A stretch of 64,000 nt of DNA from Botryllus schlosseri (lineage: Eukaryota). The DNA lies in the NCBI GenBank assembly GCA_051294905.1, contig CM119377.1:3844001-3908000 (forward strand), given 5' to 3'. Under the pieces are notes generated by a model. It was given only the letters and a program-made list of their open reading frames with translations. It made no database searches and was not told where the DNA came from. Below are positions 37,501 to 47,900 of this stretch, piece after piece (position 1 is the stretch's first letter; every line of letters begins with the position of its first letter). The position numbers and the translations under genes were made by a program.

Positions 37501-39257
37501 TTAGTAAACTTTCCTGCCAGTTCCAGAGTAATCTGTTTTTCACCTGCATTTTGTGCTAGTTGCCGTTTAATTGAATATATCTCTAAGGAATGTCCTAAAA
37601 TTTTGCCCCTCTTTTTCTCGAAATCACCTATATTGGGAACCACTGATGGTGATGAATTTGGACCTTGGTAATAGGATTATTTATCAGTCAATGGACGTTA
37701 ATTGGTGGAGTATTTACAAACAAGTAATTGTTAATTTTTAATATTCGGGAATTAATGTGATATTGAAAGCGCTTTCTAGCTATACAGTGTATTTGATAGC
37801 AGTTTTTTAAAGATTCGAACCTCTTGTATGCAGAATCCTGAGTTGTGTCATGTTTTCAGTATCTATGCGAACTGGCTTTGACTGATGTCGACATGGTCGC
37901 TCTACTTCCGTCGTTTGTGGCGGCGTCGGCTGTTTGTCTGGCGAGTTACGCAGTGTCTGGAAAAATATGGGTGAGTGTACCTTGCATAATTTTCAACTTG
38001 GTATCCTGCGTCATTATAACTGCTACGTGGTGCCCGAATCTTGATACTCCCTGGGTATCAAATCACTGAGATACTTCATTTTGCCAAGCCCTGATTTTAA
38101 CGAGTTCAGTTGGTTTATAAATTCTTGTATCTTCTATAAACCTTCCCGTCATTGAATGTTAATTGCCGTAACGCTTTCTAGACCTATATAATTACAAATG
38201 GAGTGAGGTCTCACTCTTGTGCTGTCTCTATACAGGACGAGGACATTCGCGAATGTACGCAATATGAACTTGAAGATTTGGCTCCGTGCATTTCACAGCT
38301 TTACAGTTTGTTCAACGCTGCGCCGTACAGCTCGCAACAGGCGGCAAGGGAAAAGTACAAGGAAGCCAAGTAAGTTGCTCTTCATTTGCAAGCCGGCGTG
38401 CCGGGACCATATTGATGATACGGAGGCCACTTGATATTGAACTTGGTCTGAAACTTCTTGGGATCTATCATATCCGACTACTCTGGTTAGCAAAGGGATT
38501 CTGAACTCATCTGAACAAAGTCACAGTATGTTGATATTGCCGCGATTTGGGAATTTTCATGAACCATCAGTCGGGGATTTGCCATTCTACGGTCCTTGCC
38601 AATGGCTGTTTTCTGTATATTGATGCGGTTAATATTCCACCAACAATTGGTGGGTTCCCATTCACCCATTTTAGGGCCTCGAATAATTTTAAAACACATG
38701 TGAAGCTGTGACTCTAACCCTGCAGTTGGTTTCTATTACAAAGTTGCGAGTAATTAGTACTTCTCGATCTGCATCAGACACTCTTAGTCCACTACAGTGG
38801 TTCCCAACCTTTTTCGACTCGTCGCCCCCTTTTCAACTCCACACCGATTATCGCCCCCAAATTTTGGGAACCGAAAAATGGGCATACAAACTGTATTCAC
38901 CTGGGGGGCTGACTAGCAAAGAAAAGGTGAACTTTTCGTCTCGAACTTCGACACTTTTGCAGCTAAATTTTCGTGGCCCAACAAAAAAAATGGTCATTTC
39001 TTCGGCATGACTCCAATACGGCCGTTTGAATTGCCCCTTTGCTATTTTTTTCGCCCCCTGTTGCCCCCTTTGTCCGTTTTTGCCATTCATTTTCCCCTCC
39101 CCTATACCGATAAATCGCCCACGTTGGGAACCACTGGTCCACTACACGAGTTTTCATCAACGTGATACTCAATTTATTTGATACTTTCAGATTGGAATGC
39201 GTGTCGTCATTGGAAATGCCAAGCAGCCTCCCATTCGACGACGTTCAAGAACCGTGA
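34584..39257 (+). CDS. CCNA2: Cyclin A, 8 coding exons: 34584-34736, 35243-35423, 35482-35606, 36130-36353, 36974-37178, 37860-37970, 38236-38369, 39191-39257 (1200 nt, 399 aa)
   Basis: D-box [10 protein letters not shown]; DSPMVLD; [10 protein letters not shown]; cyclin box [18 protein letters not shown]...[22 protein letters not shown]; YLCELAL; REKYKEAK. All introns are GT-AG with compatible phases. Exon 2 acceptor is the least certain boundary. Confidence 0.95.
35716..35965. mobile_element. Inverted plus direct fragments of the Penelope-like/hammerhead repeat in cyclin A intron 3
   Basis: 35716-35790 is the reverse complement of 7150-7216. 35870-35965 is a diverged direct copy (gttgctgacgataacccctg). 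Neither keeps an intact ribozyme core. Confidence 0.65.
37310..37645. mobile_element. hAT MITE in a cyclin A intron
   Basis: CAGTGGTTCCCAA...TTGGGAACCACTG; TSD not preserved. Confidence 0.75.
38795..39136. mobile_element. hAT MITE in the last cyclin A intron
   Basis: CAGTGGTTCCCAAC...GTTGGGAACCACTG; perfect TSD GTCCACTA. Confidence 0.92.
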
Positions 39258-39802
39258 ACCTTCAATAATTTATTTATTACCGTCTTCTCGGAGACGGATT
39301 TATTCTCGATTTGGAAGGCTGCTTGCCGATGTGGAGTTGAATTACGCCATCACGAAAAAAAGGGGACGTCACACAAGTTATGTTTTGAGACCTGCCGTGC
39401 AGGCGTTTCAACCGTTGAAGCTTTTCAATCACTGCCACGAAAGCTCGTTTTTTACGATTTGTCTTCTTTTGCGACGACTCTTTCGCTTAATCGGAGGACA
39501 GCAAAGGGGTAGCCGGTGACGCGCTGCTGCACAAATTTTTGGTTGCTAGAAAATTCTCGTTCGAAAATCATGTACGACCGTAATTTCATTGGAAAAGACT
39601 CGTTCGTTCTGTATTACCGTATATGCCGTGGCTATTTCTTGTCATGTGGCGTTCGAAATGTTATTGAATATTGGCCTTTGGAATCACAGTGCTCTACGCT
39701 TCTTCGTTCGATGTTGCTTTTCTTGGCGTTCCGTTTGTAAGTTCTTGTTAGGGTGTTTGAGGAATGGCACGGTGCAGCAGTTTTGATCGCGATTTGTTAC
39801 TT

Positions 39803-39808
39803 AATAAA
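39803..39808 (+). terminator. Likely cyclin A polyadenylation signal
   Basis: First AATAAA noticed after the stop codon, ~545 nt downstream. Confidence 0.5.
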
Positions 39809-40742
39809 TGATTTTACATTCTTAACATTATCGGACTTGACGGATTTGTGCATGATATAGGTTGGAAAATATGTAGTGTTGACTAGCCATGGCAGTTAGA
39901 GACCTAGTTGTATCTTTGAATCCTTCCATCACCCTTCCAATTCAGCAAGATTTAGATTTTATTGATTACATGTGAGGGTAAATTATACATGCTCAATGCT
40001 GAGCTGCTCTACGTGGAAAGGAATTTGATAGTCAACTTTACAAAATGACCTGAGTTCCAAGTCAACATTGAAGTCATTAAATTACCTAATTAGTAATTAC
40101 ATCGCTTTACGTGCCGGTGTTGACTTGTGAAGCAGACATAGGCGTGTACAGCAATTGAGAAGCTTGGTTTTATTGAGCCTCCACCGTTTTGTCAAAATTG
40201 AACCAAGCATCTCAATCTGTACTCCAATCATCTTGCAAAATGCAATGAGTTGAATAACTCCAGTAGAAAAGTGGGCGACTTTTTCATTTTAATCATGTAT
40301 CAAATTCGACTTGCCTCGGGTCATCTTCAAAAATCAAATGACTTGAGTTGACTCAAGTCAAATGTGCATGAGCAATGGCGCGATGTGACTTGTGCTTCGA
40401 AGCCAGTAACTGGTTCCCAACATCGAGTCATTTCGGCGTGGATTTGATACTCCGGCGTATTGAGGCTGCAACTTCTGTTGTTCCCGAGATGCGCAAGTCT
40501 GATAGTCAAATTCATTAATATGTTTGTGAGCAACCAACCAGTCTGCCCAAGCCCAATATTAAGAACTAGCTTGACAACATTTAATGGAACATCTTCAGAC
40601 TAGCGAGTTGTAAATGTATTTGACAAAAAATTTCAGAATCCACAAATTATATCCGAAAGAAACATTCAAAACAAGAATACTCGGAGCCCAGCAGCATCCA
40701 GCGTACAAATCTCCGTCATTCGCCTTTGGTGATTGACAAGTA

Positions 40743-42098
40743 TTAGACAAACCAATCTTTCAACTGGAACTCAAAGTCTTTGCAACGCGTCGAGCGTCGC
40801 ACCCATCTCCCGATGCTTTTTGCAGTGTTAGTGGCGATATTGTGAACCTTCAAACCGTGAATGTTCATACATGAAATGCACATATCTGGAATTTCGAAAC
40901 TTAAATTCAAAAATAACATTTGGTACTTCATAAATGGAAGTACTTCGGACAGTAACAGAGTGATGGTTATGGAATGATGTGATTGCGATGGAAATATGGG
41001 TGTGCTGATAGTCAAGAACTTACGTTCAGTGTCCTCACTGAACGTCACGCTTTGCAGCGAGGATGTGGCTTGTAAAGAATGCAGTTTTGAAGGTAACGGT
41101 AGCGTGCCTGACCACTTCGTCGCACTGACACCCGCAGGTAATGCACAGAATATCTTGCAGCACAGAAGTAATTCTGTCATTGGGCCTTTTTGAGTTTTTG
41201 TGAAGTTGTGATACATGGTAAACGGCAGCACCGTATCACTCGTGTCGACTTGATAATCTAGAACATGATTTAGTCCGGGATGTGACAAATGCGTAAATGA
41301 TGGTAAATTATTTTTCATATCATCGCCGTCGGTGAGACTGTGAAAACGTTTAGCAATCACATTCACTTTTCCAGATTGTCGATCAGAGTTCGAAGCATCA
41401 ACGATATTGTCTGACATTTTTATGTGCAGTTGCACCGGGGCATTTAGATAACTCTTTGAGCTCATCTCCCCGTTCAATCGAATATTGAATAGTTGACCGT
41501 CAGGGTTGATGACCACAGTAAGATGTTCGATCATATCCAGAAATACTTCATCAACAGCTTCCTTTTGCGATGCTAATGGTGCTTTTGATGCATCACCAGA
41601 TTTTACATATCGATTTTCTTTCGCTGTTTTAACTCCAAACAGATTATCTGGTATGAAATCAAAAGTTTTATCTTCTTCTGTAGCAGCAAGTTGTTTACAC
41701 TCATTAATGGCATTCTTGGAGACAATGCCCGGCTGACATAGTCCGAACGTTTTAATTATCAACTCATAGACGACAGCGATATGATTCATTATATTCTTGC
41801 TTGTGAGATCTCCTACAAGGTCCATGCATTCCTGGGTGAACTTTTTCAAGGATTCTACCATCAAAAAGCTTGCGATATATGGCGTCTCTAATGCTGCGAC
41901 CGTATAAACTTCACCCTCACTCGCATGTACGTAATACATGTCCTCAATTTTCATACATGGAGATAATATAGCGGTTGATAAGTTTTTTACGGCGTGTCTG
42001 TAAAAGATTTCGGGGTTCCATTTTTGTGTGGACGCCAGAAAACATTTTTGAGCAAGAATATCCCCGTCAGTGTTGATGATGAATATTCCGTTTATCAT
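40743..42098 (-). CDS. AP4M1: Intronless adaptor complex mu subunit, most similar to AP-4 mu (divergent), 451 aa
   Basis: Longin N-terminus MINGIFIINTDGDIL...EIFYR; AVVYELI; NLFGVKT...DASKAPL; EVFLDMIEHLTVVINPDG...GEMSSKSYL; FHS; LPF; RWVRR. The linker and MHD pattern fit recalled mu4 better than mu1/2/3. Confidence 0.8.
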   Translation of the reverse strand: MINGIFIINTDGDILAQKCFLASTQKWNPEIFYRHAVKNLSTAILSPCMKIEDMYYVHASEGEVYTVAALETPYIASFLMVESLKKFTQECMDLVGDLTSKNIMNHIAVVYELIIKTFGLCQPGIVSKNAINECKQLAATEEDKTFDFIPDNLFGVKTAKENRYVKSGDASKAPLASQKEAVDEVFLDMIEHLTVVINPDGQLFNIRLNGEMSSKSYLNAPVQLHIKMSDNIVDASNSDRQSGKVNVIAKRFHSLTDGDDMKNNLPSFTHLSHPGLNHVLDYQVDTSDTVLPFTMYHNFTKTQKGPMTELLLCCKIFCALPAGVSATKWSGTLPLPSKLHSLQATSSLQSVTFSEDTERKFLTISTPIFPSQSHHSITITLLLSEVLPFMKYQMLFLNLSFEIPDMCISCMNIHGLKVHNIATNTAKSIGRWVRRSTRCKDFEFQLKDWFV

Positions 42099-42409
42099 TT
42101 GTTTCGTTGCATCAGTTTTACGGATATTATAGTTATTAGGCTATGAAGTAGAGATCTTGATCAAAACAAATTTACGAGTCAGTCATTATAATTATGAATT
42201 CCCAGCGAGTTCCCTAATCAGACTATAAGCAAGACAATGTATGAAGTTGAAAGGCTAACATTCATAAAGTTATACACACACTTCAAGCACATTTGAGGCT
42301 GTCGCGACACTTTTTGTAGGATAAATGTTCTCTTGAGGTGTATCTATTTTGTCAATGTCGCCAAGCCAGCTATACTTCAGTAGCATCAATGGTGGCAACT
42401 ACCTTGACA

Positions 42410-42800
42410 CTAACCAACAATTATTTCATGGAGATAGTTGACATTGATGGCTGATGCTATATCCAAGTACAGGATAATAATTCATTTCCTTGAGGAGTCA
42501 AGATGGCTGCTGATATTTGATAGTACTCAACTACAATAATGTTCCTGGAGCGGTCGACATAGTTGCAGACATTGATACTGCTTGAGCAAAATACTGAAAT
42601 ATTTCATGGTAGAGTGGAGATAGTGGCCAATATTGATACTGTACTCAAGTATAGAATAATGAAATAGGCATGGAGTGGTCAACATATTTATATATTAGCC
42701 GACATATATCGGTGCTACTCAAAGAATAATGAAATATTTCATGGTAGAGGCGAGATACTTGGTGACATTGATACTATACTCAAGTAGAATAGTTGGCAAC
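42410..42800. repeat. Degenerate ~60-65-bp minisatellite between COX6B and the mu gene
   Basis: Recurrent aataatgaaatatttcatggtagag.ggagata...gacattgatact.tactcaagta units. Confidence 0.7.
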
Positions 42801-43048
42801 ATTCTCAATTGTGGAGTTAAGCGACATTGAAAAATGGATACACTCACTTAGTCCAGAAGCTGTTTCAGTTGTTGTAAACTCAAACTTGTAGATGTGTCAT
42901 TAATTTGATCCACTATAGATTCCTTATGACATACAGCAAATAAACCCCAATTCACTAAAATTACTCATTGCTGCTCAAGGAAGGTTTTAATGCCAATTCA
43001 AGCAGATCAAATATATACTAGCATTCATCACAACGAGAAAAACACACA

Positions 43049-43324
43049 TTACAATTTAGCAGGGAAAACCCCATCTTCACGCTGAGAGTCCCATTTTTCT
43101 ACCCAGTCGTTCGGGCACAATGATTTGAAGTTCTTCTGAAATAACTTGCATACTCTTGTGTCTTCGCCCATCCTTCCTAGTTGAGTCTCACAGCGATGAA
43201 AGTCGACATAGTTTTGCCAGCAGTATTTAGCCTGGTTGCAGTTCGGGTATCGCGGATCGAACGGCGGAGTACGCTGCTTTTCGATGCGGTCAAGGATAGC
43301 TTCGGTATCTAGAGTTGCAGACAT
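43049..43324 (-). CDS. COX6B: Cytochrome c oxidase subunit 6B, intronless, 91 aa
   Basis: TPPFDPRYPNCNQAKYCWQNYVDFHRC...CKLFQKNFKSLCPNDWVEKWDSQREDGVFP, with the twin Cys motif; ATG in aaaATGt context. Confidence 0.96.
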   Translation of the reverse strand: MSATLDTEAILDRIEKQRTPPFDPRYPNCNQAKYCWQNYVDFHRCETQLGRMGEDTRVCKLFQKNFKSLCPNDWVEKWDSQREDGVFPAKL

Positions 43325-44098
43325 TTTAACTTGGCCCAATGGAACTCGGGATATTCACTCTTCAGAACCGCTAACCGTACAGCTGGCTTGACGAAGGTGA
43401 GTTGTGAAGGATAGCGTAACACGAAATAGTGCGTGTACGTGCGCTCAAAATAGGATTGAACCATTGAGCTACTTTTTATTCTCTGTAAATGGGATGCGAT
43501 GCCGTTCGATAACTATACCTGCGTACGGAAGTTTGGAATATCTGTTATATCCAATGATATAGAACACAATTTATGATTTCATTTTTCATGAATCCCGTGA
43601 TAGATGGAAATGAAGATCGTATATTTATCATGTTGCCGTTGGATCATAGCCTTTACAAACTAGCTGGTATGTTGCCTATTTATCCAACCATAGCCTTGTA
43701 AAGGCTATGGTTGGATAAATAGGACTACTTACAGCCAGACTGTTCAGAGTCAAGTGTACCTGTTTGATGCTGGTGTGATCAGACTAGATGACCTTCACGG
43801 TCTTATCGATCATTCCTATCTAATACCGAATACTGTGCACGCATATTTTCTGTACCACCATACCATCACTGCCGTTTGTTATGTATTTTGGTTCGATGAA
43901 AATAAAGACTCTCTCTCTCTCTACGCCAGGAAGTATGGAATATCCCTTATGTCCATTAATAGACGACTCGTTTATTGTTTCCACTTTTCATGAAGGCCAT
44001 GATAGATAGAAGCAGGGATATCCCTGGATAGAAGGGGAGGTCTTATATTTTTCCCATTGTGCTCTGGATCAAACGTTTCATTATCAGTTATAAAAAAA

Positions 44099-44370
44099 GG
44101 GGGGGGGGGTTAACAAGACTTTAACTCGAAATTGGGCAGTCAAAACAATGACTTGGGCTGGGACTGAGTCAAAATACCATGACTCAGACTCGACCCTCTA
44201 CTCAATGACTTGGACTCGGCCTTGACTCGGTGGTGAATTGAAAATGACTCGACTTGACTTAGTCAAACCATAGCAATTTACATCGTAGCTACGCTGTAAA
44301 TTGCTATGGTCAAACTATAAAAATGAGATTGACTTGTGACACGGAGCCTTGTGACTTGGTTACAACCCTG
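44099..44370 (+). mobile_element. 3' part of the GACTC-rich MITE family (…TTACAACCCTG terminus)
   Basis: Homologous to 47875-48333 and 56683-56894. Confidence 0.75.
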
Positions 44371-44961
44371 TTGAGTACTTTAGAAATGTTGAACTACTTC
44401 GTTACTGACCACCTCTGCGGATGACACGGAGGAGAAGAAAGAGTGGTACTGATCACTCCATCTATCCCAACTCCATCATCACAGCAGCGGCATGATGCAG
44501 ATCAAAAGAATTAAATATTTCTTTCTTGCATGTAGTAGCCAGCACATCAGCTGCAATATAGTTAGAAAAGTTAATATAGTACATTCATTTTCCATAGCTT
44601 TTACTAAGGTGGCAACGTTACGGCGACAAAAAGGTCAGGAGATAATGGTCCTGCGAATTCCGGTACGGAGATTTATGTGCGTATTCGCGCTGTGATATTT
44701 GGTATTTCATGAAAGAAGCCCTTTTGAGGATCGAATCACTTAGTAAAATGAGCTACTTCGGTACATTTCAATTCATGATTTATCACTTACCGAACTGAAC
44801 AATGAACATTGAACATATGTTCCTTATTCACACACCTCAGGGCGTTAGGGAGCTACAACTGCAGAAGACGGGACTTTCACTATTTAGAGGTACATTCTGG
44901 TTTTGTTTACGATTGTAACTGGAATGGAAGTAGGTGCCGTCTTCAGTTTAATTGTGAGAAT

Positions 44962-47900
44962 ATGCGTTTTAATTCTAGCGAACTAAAGCAAATGGCTGCT
45001 GTTTCAGGCGGTAAAAATTGCACGAAAGAAGGTGTGTTGAGCTTGAAAGAAAAGGAAGGAAAACTATGGAACAAAACGGACGGTAAGAGCAAAAAGACGA
45101 TTGCATGATCGGACAGTGGATCAGTGAAGTGATCATATAACATAGTTCTCAATTTTCATTCGGCCAATCGAAACATGTCTCTACTTCCTATTCATTTATT
45201 CGCCCCTTTTACCAATATTGTTATAATTTTGTTCCGTCATGGATTGAACCAGCATGTATAGTCTGATGTGGAAATGGTTTTTCATTTGAATTGATCGGAA
45301 TTGTACAGGGACAACTGACAAGAATATTTTCAGACTCCACACTCTTTTATATGCCCATGTTGTTGTACAGATGATTGTGGGGGCTTACTGGAGCGTTGCA
45401 CCCTAATTCCATGCGGCCCCTAACCCAAGAAAATTAATTGAATGTAACTTGAAAATTAATATAAATTCCATCTATTCAGTGTTCAGTAGAAGTAGAAGTA
45501 ACCATCTTAAATTTCTACTCTAGTAGAAGCACAAGTAGTGACTTCCATTCCAAGTCTAATTTTGAATAAGAAACTAGAAGTAGAAGTAGTAGTAGGCCAC
45601 AACCACTTGTGTAAGTATCTTGCAGGTAAGAAAATGCTATTTGAGCATGCCAAAAAAGTAGAAGTACTTCGTTACCAACTATACCTCTCTGCTACTAATC
45701 AACCAATTATAGATACTGTATAAAACGTAATGGTGGAGCATAGGCTAGGTAGAGCTTCTTGATCAGTAGGCTGTCGGTTCATAAAGCTTGTATCGGGTCA
45801 AGTGTAGAATACGGCCACCTCGAGAAAGTGACCCCCATGACCATCACCGATTAATGTTGCACATGAACATCTCAAAACTCTTAGTGTTTCACATGACATC
45901 AACAAATGCTTCCCATGAACACGTCAAAATAATTTTTTTTTTGGCAGTGTGGAGAGACGGATATTAGGGTTGGGGACAGGGGGATATTAGGGTTGGGGAC
46001 GATATTAGGGTTAGGTTAGGGGTAATATTAGGGTTGGGGGACGGGGATATTAGGGTTGGGTTAGGGGTAATATTAGGGTTGGGTTAGGGGATAGGGTTAG
46101 GTTAGGGGTAATATTAGGGTTGGGTGACGGGGATATTAGGGTTGGGTTAGGGGATAGGGTTAGGTTAGGGGTAATATTATGGCTAGGTTAGGGGTAATAT
46201 TAGCCCTAACCTAACCCTAAAACCCCAACCCTAATATTAACCTAACCCTAATAGCCCCCCTCCGCCAACCCTAATATCCCCCCTACCCCAACCCTAATAT
46301 TACCCATAACCTAACCCTAATATCCCCCCTCCGCCAACCCTAATATCCCCTCTACCCCAAACCTAATATTACCCCAACCCTAAAATCCCCTAACCCAACC
46401 CTAATATCCCCGTCCCCCAACCCTAATATCCCCCTCCCTCCAACCCTAACACCCCCCGCAAACCCTAATATCAGTCTCTCCACAGGCAAAAAAGCAGTTT
46501 ATTTTGACGTGTTCATGGGAAGCATTTGTTGTTTTAATGTGAAACACTGATCGGTAAAGGTCATGGGGATCACTTCTCGCGGTGGCCGTATTCTACACTT
46601 GACCCCTTGTATCAGCAGCGTTCCGCTCTAGATGCTTGGAGAGGAAAGATGGTAGTGACTTGACTACCATACTATATAACCTCAGGGTCCCTTCACATGT
46701 CCATAATCAAAACACCTCAATGGTACAGACGAAAATAAACTCTTTAATCCTAATATTCATTTCATATCACTGGTCTGGCGCTGTGTGCCTGGTTTGATTT
46801 TATAAAAATTTCCATACCAACGTACCTACTGATTGCACGCTGTAAAATTGACTTCATCCAAATCGATCTGATTGTGAATGAAATTTTCAGTGTTAACGGA
46901 ACGTTGGTGCCGACTGGTGGACAATCTATTCTTTTACTACAAAACAAAAGACTTGGTGAGTAATATTTATCGGTGTAGTAAGAGAGTACGGTCATTCATT
47001 ATCAACTTATGAAAATCGGAATACGGTATCTCGGTTCACAAATTTTGGATTTGAATAAAATAGTATTTACGGTGACCGATTCTTTAATTATTTATTGTAG
47101 TTGTGCTCACCGACGTCACCGTAAATACTATTTTATTCAAATCCAAATTTTTCGACGGCAATAACTCCGCTTCCACTGGTTGGAATTGAACCAAATTTGG
47201 TGGACATCGTTCCTATAGACAACGTAACACTTTCATGGGGTGAACAGAAAATTTTCAATTTTTTTATTATGTATTTTTATATAATAAATCGAAACTTTCT
47301 TCTCCTGTAGCAATGCGGCTACTGGCTGGAATTGAACCGAATTTTGGAGTGTAGGCTTAAATTAGGAAGCCTAACAATTTTATCAAGTAGCCAGTATGAT
47401 TTGAGAAAAAAAGTCATTTTTGAATACCCCTAGCCTACATATTTGAGCTTTTCACATCATTCATATTGCTGTGATACTCAAATACTCGACTCGGAATCAC
47501 GCAGGTACTCGATTTTTCCCAGCCGTCTGATCGATCCCACATGAGATCATGAAAACTGTGTCTCTTACGTCTTCCTGCTTATGCTTTTAGAAATCGGAAC
47601 CTCACGGTGTTCTCGTACTTGAAGGATCTCATGTAAGAACTGTAACCAATGAATACAAAGGATGTGCCTTCATATTGGGTAAGTACGCCTACGTTGCCGT
47701 TACTATACAGGTCATGTCTTGGAGATGGTGCTATCGGATTTGTCATCACGGTCCGCTATAAATAGCCCAGGCTTACATTCTGCATAGCTATGATGTGTTC
47801 TGCAAAGCTTACATTCTGCCGAGCTTGTTATAGATTTGGTATGGAACGGAAAATTACATTGCATTTCAAATAACCAGGGTTGTAATGACTCGAGTCGTGG

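Noticed and set aside
45960-46472. True ancestral chromosome end-to-end fusion site
   Set aside because: The arrays are enclosed by TIRs and a perfect TSD inside an intron of an intact gene, so they arrived by transposition.
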